DNA of 64,000 bases from Cercozoa sp. M6MM (GCA_040357565.1 JBDODJ010000009.1), one strand, 5' to 3'. Shown: positions 13,201 through 27,166, numbered from the stretch's first letter. A program made the numbers and translations. Notes: a model not told the origin generated them from the sequence alone.

Positions 13201-16200
13201 TGGGGNNNNNNNNNNAGGGGCAATGGGGGTGAAGGGGCAATGGGGGTGAAGGGGCAATGGGGCTAAAGGGGCATACCATCAGGAGTGTGCACCGGGCACA
13301 AGAATCCCCAAGTCTCAGGCATCAGCTTTCGCACGTCCGTCGTCTTCATCTCCGTGAAGAAAGCGCCTATCCAACATGGCAGGGGGGGGGGGGTAAAGGG
13401 GGTGAGGGGTAAGGGGGTAAAAGAGGGGTACCACGATGGATGGCGCGGAAGTGCGACATAAAGCGCCAGTAATTGATACGATCGGCCACGACAGCAAAGC
13501 CGCCGACCTGCAACACAATTAAGGGGTTTGCCATGTCCAACACTCAGTCCATTTGAACAAACACTTATACAGTCCAAGTGTACCTGCATGAGATCAAGAC
13601 CACTGGACGAGATGAGATTGCCTGTGCTGAGCAGACTCTCAATCTTGTGACCCTGCAGACGGGGGTTAAGAATGAAGGGTAGGGGGCAAAGGGAAGGGGT
13701 AAAGATGCAGGAAAGCCTACCACACTGCCGCCGATGATGCCAAGTACACGCTTGTAGTACGACGCGTCCCGATAACACTTGGCGAACTTGGCTAATACGG
13801 AAGAGGGGTCTAGTGGGTGGTAGAAGAGAGGCAAGAGACGAAAAGTACCCTTGCGCTCGTTGCGCTTGGCGTCGGTCATGTCGCGTTGCACCATGTACTT
13901 GCAGGACACCATGACCTGAACACACAGGGTGGACAGTACAAACTGAACGGTACAAGCTGAACCAACAAGTCGTACCTCGTGCAGTTTCTCCGACACAAAG
14001 TTCGTCAGCAGGTGACCCGGCAGCAGTGCCTCGTGTCTGTGCACAGTGAATTGTATGTCCCCCTCTTTACCCCTCCCCCTCCCCCAGAACGAACGTACTG
14101 CGACAGCAGATCAGCGTTGTCGGCACGGATCTTGCCCTGCACCAAAGCGAGCAGCTTGCGCACCATGCTGACCTGCGTACACATGGGAGTATAACGGCGT
14201 CTACAAAGGTGGCCAAAGAGAGGTGGCCACACGGGTGGCTACACGGCCCGGTTCAAACGTACCAGCGAGTTGAACTTGTCGCGATCGCTCGGCGCATGCA
14301 CGAAGAGCAGCTCGCGGATGAGCACGGCACCCACAGCGGCGTCGCTGTCGTGCTCGCTCACCATGCCCTTGAGTGCCTGCACACGTGCGTACACGGGTCA
14401 CTGAGTGGTCACACTGGATGGTCACACTGGGTAGGCCACGTGGTTCCTCCTACCGTGCGGAAGAGGCGACCGAGGTGCGCACGCCACTCGGCCGGCGACT
14501 CCAGTGGCTGGCCGTCGCGTCCATGCTGCTGCGCCAGCGAGCGGCCCTCACGCAACACCTAGCCAGGGGGTAAGGGCAAGGGGTAAGGGTAAGGGGCAGG
14601 TTAGAGGCTAGACCGATACCAATTCAACACGATCGCGCACGAAAGCGTCGTTCATGTGACCACTCGCGAGACACTCAAAGATCGCACTACACACCAGAAT
14701 TACCCATGCTAGCTCACATTTCAGGATACATAAGCCAGTGTTCACGTGGACACAGACTCTGACTGAGGTAATGCACCGATCAGTGGCCAATTCCGGCGGC
14801 GCCAGCACACGCAGTGCCACGTACAGTGGCACCAGGTACTATACACAAACACACACGTCCACATTCTGATTGTCTGACTGATTGAGTCGACTGACTGAGT
14901 CAACTGGTAGGACAGGTACCTCGTTCTTGCGCAGTGAGAAACGCAGCGTCATCTGGCCGCTGTTCAGGTAGTGCACCGTCATCGTACGCGAAGTCTACGG
15001 AAAGACAAGGGGGCTTACATCAAATCGGGATGGTGGGGGAGGGATATACCTGATCGGCGGCACGCACGCAGCGCATCGTGCAGCCGAAGTGCGTGTAGCC
15101 ACGGCCGCGTTTCTGCAGAGGCACCAGGTAACTCAAGTGTCAAACAAGCCTGTCCACAAGTCTGCCCAATTTAAGACGCGTACCTCAAACGACGGTCGAA
15201 TCAGCGCCTGCGGAAAGTTGCGACGCGGGTTGATCAGCATTCGGATCACCTGGTGTACAAGCACGTCGGACGTACAAATGAAAGGACAGCGTGTATAATT
15301 ATACAAGGACAGTGACTGTCCATTTGTACCTTTTCATTGCCGTTGACGATAAAGTAGCCGCCTTGCTCGGTCTCGTCCTCGCCTGTACCGTACCAGAAGG
15401 AACATACATATGGTAGGACAGTCAGGGAGCGGTTCAAAGGCCAGTACCTGCATCGATGAGGTCCTGCTTGCTGGCCGTGGTGTGACCCAAGTGGCACCGC
15501 GTCGTACGCACCATGATGGGGAAGTTGCCCTGTGCAATCCAGGTGTGTGCATCGTGAGGCAGAAGGCGAGGAGAGACGCAAGTTGAAACAGTGGTACATA
15601 CCAGAGGAACCTCGATCGACTCACTCAAACCTTCGTTGGTGGTGACTTCGAACGTGCCCAGCGCCTACAGACAATTAGGTAAAATCCTCGTTCCATAACT
15701 ACAGGTAGAAACACATATACCTGGCCAGCGTAAGTGATGTGTCGCTGACGACACTCGGCAGGCAGGATACGAGCGTCCATCATCTGCACACATCTCTCGA
15801 TCGACACAGAGGAACGCCAAACATCAAAAGTTACGGTGTCAGCAGCCTCCAGATGCATCGGTTTTGATACTTCCACCGAGCGCAATTTCACTGCACATCC
15901 AATGTGGATTCAACTACAAATACAGCGCATGCGAGAGGGTGACGGTACGCGTCGCCAGCTTGCCGTTCGGGCCATCGATGTCAACGCCACGCATGCATGC
16001 CACCGAGTTCGGCAAACCTAGAAAACACTCACATAGCAACAAACCAAACAGAAAACGCAAAACAAACATATCGTGCGAAATTGAAATTGTTTGAGATCAT
16101 GAAGCATTCTGATCATACCTTCATCGAGAAAGTAATTGAATGAGTCGATGTGTGGCTGCACAACGCGGCGACGACTCAGAGCGGTCGGCAGCGACCCAGC

Positions 16201-16215
16201 CGTCTCTTGGCTCAT
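9219..16215 (-). CDS. POLR1B: DNA-directed RNA polymerase I second-largest subunit (RPA2/RPA135), many introns
   Basis: [114 protein letters not shown] is the Pol I-type signature. Confidence 0.95.
10021..10217. repeat. (TG)n plus G-run flanking an N gap in an RPA2 intron
   Basis: Directly visible. Confidence 0.9.
13071..13274 (+). repeat. 17-bp G-rich minisatellite (GAAGGGGCAATGGGGGT)n in an RPA2 intron
   Basis: About 10 visible units with variants (AATATGGG, AATAGGGG), broken by a 10-N gap. Confidence 0.92.
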
Positions 16216-16350
16216 TTCGAGAGAGCGTTTATCTCTCGCCGTCTGTGATTTTTGTCACTTTGCCGACACGCCTCGCTGCGCTAAGCGGGTACACACACGT
16301 GCGTGAGTAGACCTCTGTCGCTGCGCACGGCCAAAACGGAGCGCTGGTAT

Positions 16351-16420
16351 AGTGAGATATTCTAAAATAAACGTGATAGATGTACCGTGAAGTGAGATAT
16401 TTTAAAATAAAAGTGTTAGA
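16351..16420. promoter_or_regulatory. 30-bp direct repeat (40-bp period) upstream of RPA2
   Basis: AGTGAGATATTCTAAAATAAACGTGATAGA versus AGTGAGATATTTTAAAATAAAAGTGTTAGA, 3 mismatches. The repeat is observed; a regulatory role is inferred from position only. Confidence 0.4.
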
Positions 16421-16539
16421 CTGAGGGTCAATGTGTGTATCACTCCTAGTTTGTCCTGATCTAACCAGCATTATAGTGCGTTTAGGCAGGAGTATTTTTC
16501 CGTTCTGAATTGAGCGACCATGACACACGGACAAAACGA

Positions 16540-18559
16540 CTAACTCATTTGGCGCAAAAGTGAGTCGCACCGCATGTGTGAGACAGCGAGCAGCTGCAAG
16601 ATGCGCTGCAAATCGCGTGTCTCTTCATCGTCGGAACGCTGGAACTCATCGGCAAGTTGTCCGTGCACCGTGACGCTGGCATGCCCATGCTGACACTGCT
16701 GGCAGGTCGACGATGACCCAGTCACCGACTCGAGCTGTCGTGTCAGATGCTGCACGCACTGCGTGCACACGGACGCGAAGAGGCGAGCAGCGGTCAGGAA
16801 TGCGTCAAAGTCCGGTGGCGCGAGAAGGCTGCGACCGCGCAGGATGGTGGCAATGTTGAAGGCGGCGATGCTGAGGTCGGTGCGGAAGGCAAGTTTGTGG
16901 CAAGTTTCGACCGTAGCTTCAGTTTCGCTGCCGGAGGCGGTATCAGTTTTGAATGCAAAGTCCACGTTGCTTTGCAGGATGGCGGTGGCCCACCGCAACA
17001 TCCCCTGCTGGTGCTCTTGCTTCTGCGATTGCAGCGACAAAGTGAGCGCACGCTTCATCAACTTGGCCGCGGCCGGCGGCACGTCGTCCACCAGGGCATC
17101 GCACAGTGCGCGCAGAAAGCTGAGACTGCCGCTCACATTGAACTCATTGGCCAGCACAAAGTCGAGCGATGCATCAACCACAGCGCGCCAGATTTTCGCT
17201 CTCAGTGCAGGCGGCGTGCTCGACAGCAGCTTACACACATGACGCAAGAACCGCGACAACTCGACACCGAAAGCACCGGACAAGTCGACACCAACAGCAG
17301 CCGCATTGTCAAGCATGGACGAGGACAACTTAAACAACTGTCCCAGCTTCGTCGCCAACCGCACAGCGCTGCCCACAAGCTGCATGGGGGATATCACCGT
17401 GTGTACTCAAAGTGAATTGACGTAGTTCGAGACAAAGTGTACCAGCTCCTTGCGCACAGGAAAGACAGCGAAGTCATCTTCAGTGAGACAGTGCTGCAAC
17501 AGCGTGTTCGCACTGCGCAACAACGCCAGCAATGTCGGATCGGAAGGCGCAAGCGGCATCGGTACTTGCGACAACACGCGCGACATGAGATTCGTCTCCT
17601 CGCGTGCCAGCAGGACTGCTCGCACACGCTGCACGAGCAAGCTGTCTTCCGCCTCGGCTGAGTCGATTGGGAACGAAATATGTGGAGCGTTGTTCTCTTG
17701 CAATGCGTTACACAGTCGCACCAGACTCTGCGCCACTCATAAATCGAGTCACGTAAAAGAAAAGACCACCAAAGAAAGCTGTACCTTAGACTCTTGCGTC
17801 TGCAGCACTGCCAAATATGCAGCGACGAGTCCTCCAAGATCGTTAAAGTCACCCACGCAGTCGAATACAAAGTTCACGACGTCCGCAAACTCGTTCTCTA
17901 CGTGCAACAAGAATTCCTCACTGGTGGGCCACGGAAATGCTCAAGACATACAGTACCGCGCACAAAAGTATTGGCTTCGAACGCGATAGGAATAAGCGGA
18001 AGAAGTGTGTCCGCTAACGGTTCAAGCATTTTGGCAGTTTTTCTGCTGGGCGGCAAGGCATTCGCCGCACTAAACCAAGTTGAAGCACGAATGCACCAAG
18101 CACAAGCGTCGCACGAAATCCAACAACGAGAGAGTAAATTTACATGCATGCAAGCTGCACAAACGACGCTACTTGTTCTGCCTCGCACAGCGACGAAGCT
18201 TGTGCACGCAAGATCTACGCAGCATCGACCGTAAGAAAATCCAGGGGGGGGGGGGGGGTACAGGTACCAGGATCGCATCTCGTGGTGAAAGCAACATCGC
18301 ACGTCGGAGCAGTTCGAAGGAGCTCCGCGAATCAGAGTCTTCTGGTGAAAGTCGATACAAAAGCGCCGGGATCACATCGAAGAGTTGGTCTGTGAGTTGC
18401 TGCAAGCATAATTACGGTTATCGATGACTTTCGGGAAGGTGTGGCATTCACCTCATCCGAAATGTTGTCAAAATAATTTTCGGTGCCGGCCGGAGCGTCT
18501 GTGTGAGTTTCAAGAGCGCCCCAAGAGCCCTGGTCCCACTCAGCTTCAGGATCGCTCAT
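16540..18559 (-). CDS. Hypothetical alpha-helical (ARM/HEAT-like) protein, multi-exon
   Basis: Long terminal open frame (16540-17397) plus exon-like frames bounded by GT-AG; Leu/Ala-rich; no recognised motif. Confidence 0.6.
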
Positions 18560-18861
18560 CTGTCATACTGTACCCGCGCGCACAGCAAGTGCAAGTAGTA
18601 GTAGTCGATGATATGTTATCCGCAGCTTTGAAGCGGCAAATGACTGCTGGCTGCTGAAACCAAGTGCTACACAGTACTGCTGGTAGTGCCACAGTATTAG
18701 TAGTTGTAGTAGTTGAAGTAGCTGTGCATGATCGATTGTTCCGATCACGGTTTTTGGGTCAAATCAAGAAGTAGCGACTCAAATGACTGTGCGCTTGGTC
18801 TCTGGTGACTGTGATTTTCGCGAGGCCGAGTGTGTGTACGCTAGTGGTTCGAGGCACCCTT

Positions 18862-20328
18862 ATGGAAAGGGTTGAGCTTCGAGAGGTCAAAGGTGTCTCA
18901 TTCCAACAGCATTCGCAGCAGAATTATTTCCAAATTTCTGTCGTTTCAGAACGACGTTCGCGACTGCCCTCGGAAGTGCACGATGCGCCCTTTCCAGTGC
19001 GCCGATTGACCACGGAAAAGAAACAGACACCACCCGTCGCACGTGTTGCATACCAGATTTCTTCTGTACCTGCTCCCGAGCCGCCTTCGTCAACTTCCAG
19101 TGAGTTGCCTGCGAGCGTCTTGCGACCGGTCTTTTCTTCCGTACCGTTGCTCGCTTTTCAAATTATCTTCAACTTTTTGCTGCATTTGTCGAAACCTCAT
19201 TTTTTCAAGGGCAGAAGAAGAAGGCTGGTCCACCAACGCCTCCAAAGAAAGCGAGTGCTCCCAAAGCGACGATCCCGCTTGAGTCGAATGAGTCTCCTCC
19301 GTGTTCGCCGTTTACAAAAACCTTGAGCTTGAAGGTGCCTCCTCCGCCGAAGCCGTCTCGGACGTCTCCTCCTTATGCGATGCACTCGCGCACACTGTCT
19401 GAAATTACCAACACACTCGTACGAGACATTTTGGCTGCTTGTTTGTTTCGTGCAGACCTGTAAATTTATGTTATCCTCTTGTGTAGAGTTCGTTGACTTC
19501 CTCGATAAAGTCACTTCGCACGGAAACTGCTATCTCGCGTGATATTCCGATGAAACAAATCACTTTCACGGCCGAAGATGCCGAGAAGGCAGGTCTATTT
19601 ATCGATCCGGTAATTTAGTGTTTACCACCTCAAGGCCTATGGCCTCAGCGTCCCATTGTTTTTGAATGCAGACGCGTGCGTGTACACAAACGGTGCAAGC
19701 GCGTCTGTGTGTCGTACTGCATCGCTACGCGCAGAATACGTCTGAGGATACCAAGTGGGCAAAGGGGCTGCTCCGTTGGGTGCAGTCAAAAGCAGGCGAC
19801 TGCGCGGTGCTGAGGCCTGCGCTAGAACTGCTGGCTCCAGGCTTTCTGTACACGGCCGACGACATGTACACGGACGAGGCGCCAGCGCGCTTGCGGCAGG
19901 TCATGCTGTCGCACAGTGAAATCTTCGACCATGCCTTTGAGGCTCCGGCTCGGAACCCTCTCGTCGCAGGTAACCCTCTGTTTTCATCATGCTGCCAGGC
20001 AGTGACTTGACGGTGCAGATACAAACGAGCGAGGTGATTTGGAGGCACAAGACCTGTCGCTTCGATGCATGTTTGCCATCATGCTTTTGAAAGGTAAAGT
20101 GATTTCCTCATCAAAAAAATGAGTTCCTCCGCCTAGTGAAGCCAGTGTTGTTGTTGTTGTTACAGAGGACCACCGCACGGAAAAAGCAGCCAAGCGCATG
20201 AGTGAGTTTCTGTCGCATACCGAGGTGCCCCCGGCCCTCGCTGTCAAATGTCTGCTCCCGATGGTGGTCTCCGACTCAAAAGCTCGTCTCCATAAAGGGT
20301 AGCTCCCTCTCCCTCTCCCTCTCTCCCT

Positions 20329-20385
<57 letters not shown>

Positions 20386-20395
20386 NNNNNNNNNN

Positions 20396-20458
<63 letters not shown>

Positions 20459-22143
20459 CTGAAAATATGTATTTATCGTTGCTCGGGAGATGTTGTAGGT
20501 CGAAGGTTGAGCGCGCTGCTCGCACTGCTGGCGGCATGCTTCCGTCTTACCGTGTCTTGTACGAGCATACCTCTCTATATCTTTCTTCTGCCGTGTTTGG
20601 AGAGATTTGAGTCGACTGTTTTGCAGCACACCAGCCTTGTTGGCCTCCTTCTTCCTGCTGCTGTCGAAAGGAACGCCCAGTGAGCGAGTGAAAGGCCTTG
20701 AAGAGATCACAGCACTCATTCTTTGCAGGTACCGTGAGTCTCCCAAGTGCCTGTACTAGTATACACTTCTGCCGACTGAGCAGTGGTGCCCAAGGTGAGC
20801 ACAACATTCGCGCCTTCACCAAGCTGTGTGGACATGGCGGCTGGCACCGCTGTTTGTTCTCGTTGCTGCAAACGCTGCGTGTGGAAGATTTGGACAAGGA
20901 CACCGACACAGCGCGTGTTTTCGCTCTGGTCATTAACCTCGCGTGCGCCATCGTGGTTAGATGCACACATAATCAGGAGAACATTTTGCCATATGGCTAT
21001 GACTGACAAATACTATGAGCACAGGCAGACGCAGTTGTCTCTCCATCGACCGTGTCTTTGAACAAGCTGAGCGCCGACGTGATGTTGGCCTCTGTGGTGG
21101 CTGAGTTGCGGCACTTGTCGCGCGCCGAGTACGAGACGCGCTACATTGCGATGCGACTGCTGCAGTCGCTGGCCAGACGACTCTGCGTCTCTGCGCAGTC
21201 GCGACTCTTTCCCTCCACGTATGATACCGTTTTGCAGCAATGCCTGTTTGCTGAACTTGAAATTATCTCAACGCTGGTTTGGCAGGGTTTCGGGTGCGCA
21301 CGACTCGGTGCTGGACGTCGTTCAAGTGTCTCTGCGCTTCGTGTTGCACTGTGCCGACTGGGCCGCCGATATGACCGATTCGGAAACTATCGTCGCTTCC
21401 GAGGAGCTTCTTACCGCACTTGCTGCTCGCGCGGACTCCGACAGCTCTGACTGCTCGTCCGACGACGACAAAAGTACAAAGTGTCCTCGATACTCTCAAT
21501 TTCTGGATTTCTGCTTCTCTCGCAGGCGTGATCGATGAGGAGTGGCGTCATGCATTAAAGAAGGCCATGGTGCACTGCGTTCGAGGACAGATCTTGCCGT
21601 GTATGCACACGTTTCACAAAGCCGAGGTGCGAGCGTACGCTCACATGCTACGGGAGACGTCTCAGTGCCGTGAACGGTACGCCGTGTTTAACTCGGCTCG
21701 TTTCACCTTTTTATTCGAGGACTGCAGGTGCGGTATCCATTGGGTTCCGGAGTATTCCTGCGTGCGTGACGGCGAGTCAAGCGCGAGATACCCTTACCGG
21801 CACCGTGCGTTGCCCGCGGATGCCCTTCTAGTTGAGTACAGCGCAGCATTTTTTACCTCTACTCGGGAAATTTTGTGATTTTTGGGTTGTTTCTAGAACG
21901 CTAATCGAACTGATGGAGGCGTTACAGCTTCCGCTGACGCAAGAGTACAAACATTTTTAACTGTTTGGTAGCTCAGCATACTATACACCTATTGATGCAC
22001 AGAGAGGAAGACACTCTCAACGGACAGACCAACAGGGAGCTGTCGACGAAGAAGTCGCGACAGACTTTGCGCGTGGCGCGCACGATTTACGCGCAGCTGC
22101 GCCATACCCTTTCGTTCATGAGTCTGTCCTCGCGTATGCGGCC
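18862..22143 (+). CDS. Hypothetical protein, multi-exon, runs into an assembly gap
   Basis: Successive exon-like frames with GT-AG boundaries; acidic/Ser-rich N-terminus followed by helical regions. Boundaries approximate. Confidence 0.5.
20300..20458. repeat. (CT)n-(TG)n compound microsatellite with gap
   Basis: Directly visible. Confidence 0.9.
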
Positions 22144-22419
22144 NNNNNNNNNNNNNNNNNNNNNNNNNNNNNNNNNNNNNNNNNNNNNNNNNNNNNNNNN
22201 NNNNNNNNNNNNNNNNNNNNNNNNNNNNNNNNNNNNNNNNNNNACACACACACACACACACACGCACACACACACACACACACCACAATTAACAAAACAA
22301 AAAGAAATGACCTCGCCCTTCATGACAAAAAAAACAGCATTTTTTTCGTTGGAAGATCCTTCTTTGAGGACGCACTTGTGCGATGAAACAGTAATGCTGC
22401 AAAATGAAATGATTTGACC

Positions 22420-23911
22420 ATCTTGCAGTATCTGGTATGAAATGTATCAGCATGCTTTACATGGTCGCTTTGGAGGCGAGATCAAGCAAGTGAAAACGAG
22501 AAGCATTTTTCAATTTTTCCTGCTTAAAATTTCCACTTCGTATTTAAAATCCAAGATTGAGAACTGTTAGTTTTGTACGCATTACGTTCCGCATTAAGAA
22601 GTTCCATTTCTTGAAGAGGACGCGGTTGAGAGCTGGCTTCAGCGTTCTGCTGGGATAATTTAAAACAGCAGCTTCAAGAAACGAGGGATCCGCTTTGGGC
22701 AACATACGAATAGAACAGCTCGCTGTTTATGGTGGCTAACTTCGTCCAAAGAGACAAGAACGAGGTTTAAATTCATCTATCGACAGTTGAGCATTGCATT
22801 CAGCAAGGAAGCCTAATTTACCTGAACATTTGTGATACACTTTGCGGTCGCAGATCTGTGGTCACGACGTAGGGGGTTCAATTCACCGAGAACGTCTCCT
22901 TTTGCAAGCTTGAAGCACAAATTGATGTCAGGGAACTGAAACTGTGAAACCAACGGCCGTCCTCATGGGTCGGATACCTGATTGATTGTGCGAACACTTG
23001 GCTGGTTTGCAACTGCAAACGAATGAAATCCAAGTATTGCCAGTTTTATCTAATCTGGGTGAAGATACAAGCACGTTGGTGCCATGAGTCTGGTCGGTTG
23101 AGACGTCGACGTAGCGAGCCCCCTAGAATACACCAACGGTGTTCCCGGAGAAGACACACGGTGAACTGAACGAAGCTGAATACCCATTCTTTTTCTCGAC
23201 TCCCGTCTTGAGACGGTGGGAGTTGATACACTGAAAGGAGGAACCTCAGGCTGTATCGACAATGAAAGGCAGCTAAGACCTGCAGTAAAGAGCTAATGCA
23301 TAGCGACTTATAATTTATGTCTTATCAATACGTTGTTCTGGATGACGGACTGCGCCGTGTTCCAGTGAAACAACTGAGTCTGTTTGCTGACAGAGCAAAT
23401 CTACACGCTGTTCTTGAAGAATGTCGATCAAGCCTTTAAGCACGACGTACATGGCTCCTGGGACAAATGACATTTTTTTAAACAGACGTACTTGTTATGC
23501 ACATCACGATACACCCAGAAACTGAGTACCCTGACTCGTCGACACCTTTGCGTTTTGTTTGAAGATAACGTCACCCGCATTATGCTCCATGTATGTCATT
23601 CCCCTCGCGATCTGGCGGTGCACTTTGTGCGAAATGTTAAACTTACGCTGTAATACCTTCGTAGCAGACAGCACTACATCCACTTCGGTCTCGCTTCGCG
23701 TCGAAGCATCCTTTTTCAAGATAGTGCAAAGCCGTTCTTCCTCGGTAAACAAACGGCTATTGACGAAATTTCTGTCAGATGTAAATTATACAGTACTTGT
23801 GTGCACGAAAAACACGGTGTTTACTCAAGCGCAAAGCTTTTACTTCACGTTGAAGCTGCCGTTCGACGCTAATCCGCTTGGAGCAGGTGCCGTGCTCATA
23901 GGTTTTGACAT
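22420..23911 (-). CDS. Cyclic-nucleotide-binding domain protein (3' end uncertain)
   Basis: MTYMEHNAGDVIFKQ...AMYVVLKGLIDI...LAKGDVLGEL...RSATAKC, the cNMP barrel pattern, with a long insertion between its halves. Confidence 0.7.
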
Positions 23912-24421
23912 ATTGCTCTTAACACCTACAAACCGTTGAAACTACAGCTAGGGCTTGAGCTCAGCACAATGAGATCAGCAGAAAACGCGCGGCTTTCCGG
24001 GTCAACAACGGGTACCGGCGACCACTGACAGACGAGTAGAGTCGATTTAGTTAGTTCGTTCATTCATTTTCGAAAACGCAAACCCCGGGAAGTTTCTAAG
24101 ACTAACTGTTACTGCACACTCACAGAGAAGCAGAAAGCTCTGCCACGACTTTAGCAGGGTCAGTTGCAGCTTTCTTTAACGCGATGTGACGGCCAAGGAC
24201 GTTTTTCGGCCAGTAGAATCAATCAGTTAGATAAGGGGTCCAACGTTGACTCAACTGAGTGGCGGCTTACTATCTGATTGATATATTGAGTCTCTCCTTT
24301 CCATTACTGATTCTGCCATTGTGCCGCAGTCGAGTAACATAGTCGAGTCGACTACCGTACGCTATTTACTGTACGTAAAGGCATCACCGCAGCGTTCCCC
24401 GCTTCGTTTATATCTATCGTA

Positions 24422-26871
24422 TTACGACGCGCGGCGATGGACGCCTCGCCGCGTCGCGTCGGATAATTCGCATGCTGTTCCTTCAATGTGCTTGCGACTT
24501 GGAGAGCCGAGCAGCGCAGCCAGTTCACCGCCGATGTGAACGAATGCGACGCCGCTTACGTTGACTACTCTCGCGTCCAATCCGACCAGTAAGCACGTCG
24601 AGCTTGTACTCGGCACTTTCACTGATGCCTGTACCCAATGGCAGTGAATTTGCATTAAAAATTGAAATTTGATACAGTACAGTGATTTACCATCCTGTGC
24701 AGCACGTCGACGGAAATAGCGATGCCGTTGCACTTCTCTGAACTCAAGAGCACCAAGAAATGGAGGCTGTTGCACAAGAACAAGGCAAAAAGTATACCCG
24801 TCAGACGCATGGGTCGAATGATCGCTGCTGTCGCAGAGGTTATCGCTGTCGTTATCGCTCACTTCTTCGTTGCTGCGGTAGGCTGCGTCCTCGTCCTCAG
24901 TACCGTGCTTCTTCGACGGTCTTTGGCCAACAATGTCTGGCTTGTGCTTTAGCCACTGTCTGCCCATCAGTGTGCGCCCTGCACATTGAACAGCGTATCA
25001 GTAGACATATACTTTAGCCCGCAGATACTGCAAGTACAAGAACGAAGGACGCTTCGACAGCCGTCGGTTCGAATCGACAAGTTCGCCCGCTTCAACAACT
25101 GTTCCGAGTCGGCAGTGTCTTGCTCTTCTCGGTAGTACTGATGCAGTATGTACTGCACCAACTGCGTGTCCACTTGGCCGTTCAGAAGCGAAGAGTTCGA
25201 CAAGTCAAGCTTCAGATCGCGCACGTCACTCTGCTGACCAACCATGGACAACAGAGCCTCTGTACAACAGGTTTTTTGTGTCTCACAAAAATGAAAAACG
25301 ACAAGTCACGACTACCTTTGGACAAGGAGCACGAGTTGGTGTATTCGATCAGTCTCAATTGCGGCAGCGACACGTCGAATCGTTGTCGGGTGACTCTATC
25401 TCAAAGCAACTTTGTATCACAATCCCCCCCCCCGCCGAACAGAATACAACTAACCGAGGAACTGAAGTGTGCAGCAATGACAGTTCCTCCAAACAATGTG
25501 TGCCTACTGCTGCTGCAATGTTGTTTTCGGGGTTGGCATCATCTCGTTGATTGACCATACGCGTGGCTACAGAGGCCAGTTTTAGCACACGCAACTGCGG
25601 CAATTGCCGCACAAACCGCTGCACCACACTCGTGTCTGCTCAAAAATACATCCACACTTTTGATGTAATCAAAAGAAAGATAATCAACCGTGGCACCATC
25701 AGGGTCCTCAGACTGCAAGGAAACGTTCACTCCGCCCAGCGACAAGTGCCGAAGCTCCGTGTGAGGTTCTGTTCCCAGAAGATTCTCGATCGATGTGTTA
25801 TACTAGGCAAACATTTTCATTTTTGGGATTGTGCAAAATCCCAATTGGAGACAGAAATACAAGAGAAGCACGTGTGGGGGCATAGTGCGGATTCGTGTCC
25901 CGAAAGTCAAACACCAGACGACTCAATTTAGGGCATCTGGAAAGCAACAAACAGAAAGCGTCTTCAAAAATGTAATTTGTGCCATCCAGTCCGCGACCTA
26001 CCGATCTGAAAGCGGAGTGAAGTGTCCAAGTAGTCGTTCGACCTGAACAAGTACCGTGTTTTATAGAGTTCAATACCAATAACGCAACCGCATACCGACG
26101 ATGCATGCCGCAGTGGAGCCTAGAAACGAAGCAAGCCATTCCTTGAAACTATCAATATGACTGTTAAGTGCGGCAATACTTCGATAATGAGAGTTTCCAG
26201 TGTGTGAAAGCCAACGGATTCCCTGTACTGAGGTATTCTTGTGACCTAAGCGACTGAAAATAAAGCGAGAGCATGCAACTTGAGTAAGGCAGAATACCTC
26301 CGTAAACGCACCGCGCAAATCGAGTGTGACAAGCGGCATTGTGCGAAGACTCTTCAGCAGAACCCGCACCAACGCATCGTTTAAAGGAACGCCGACGACG
26401 CAGAGGTGACAGCAGTGGTGCGATACTTTTGTTGTCAAGATCGACTTCAACAGAGTACGCACACTCCTACACCAATTAAACCTTGGTCCAAGCATAAAAT
26501 TGCCAAACAAACTGTCTGTACTGAAGTTTGATGGGCCGCGACGCTGTGATTTCAATCTTTCTCGAACTCTTGAACAGCTTGAGGTAGTTCACAAGACTCT
26601 TGTGCTCCATAGCTGACAAAAAAAAAAACAACATGTTGCACGAGGATACAACACCCTTGCGACATTAAAAACATACAGCGGGTATAGTTGGTGAGCTTAC
26701 CCGTGCGTGCCTGTAGACAACCAATCTCGAGCTGACCTTCACGGACGAAACGACGCAAATTTCGACATGTCTGGGCTCTGTATAGTATAAATGTTAAAGA
26801 CACGCGGCATACCCAGATGTACAAGTAATTTACAGTCGAAAGATGTCATTCGAGGTGAGAGATCTGCTCAT
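24422..26871 (-). CDS. F-box/leucine-rich-repeat (RNI-like) protein, tentative
   Basis: N-terminal AQTCRNLRRF (F-box-end-like); LRR-like segments LVTLDLRG, RCPKLSRL, LPQLRVLKL, LEELSL. Exon structure not fully resolved. Confidence 0.45.
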
Positions 26872-27154
26872 AGAACGACAGGGAAAAAGGGCAACGTGAA
26901 CGAAGGGCCCATGACAAAAACCAGAAAGATACTGTGATATTCGCTGTATAAGCGCATCTGGCAGGTGCTGCATAGTAGTAGCACGCTGTTACTGTGGCTG
27001 TTGTACTGTACTGTACAGTACAAAAAATTTGCCACCAGTCGAAATTGCCTTTATTTTCCGGGTTTTAGAGCGTGCAGAGTTGTACAAAACAACTAACATT
27101 TAAATTCATTTCATACACCATCACTAGTCGATGATAACGGTTGATTATAATCCT

Positions 27155-27166
27155 TGACCCATGACA
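27155..27166 (+). promoter_or_regulatory. Candidate snRNA proximal/upstream sequence element TGACCCATGACA
   Basis: About 70 nt upstream of the U1 start, where a PSE/USE is expected; ACCCAT core resembles protist snRNA elements (inference). Confidence 0.4.

Noticed and set aside
13071-13274. CRISPR-like array
   Set aside because: Head-to-tail tandem units with no unique spacers, inside a eukaryotic intron.
24121-24135. U6 snRNA (ACAGAGAAG)
   Set aside because: The following AUUAGCAUGG and internal stem-loop are absent.
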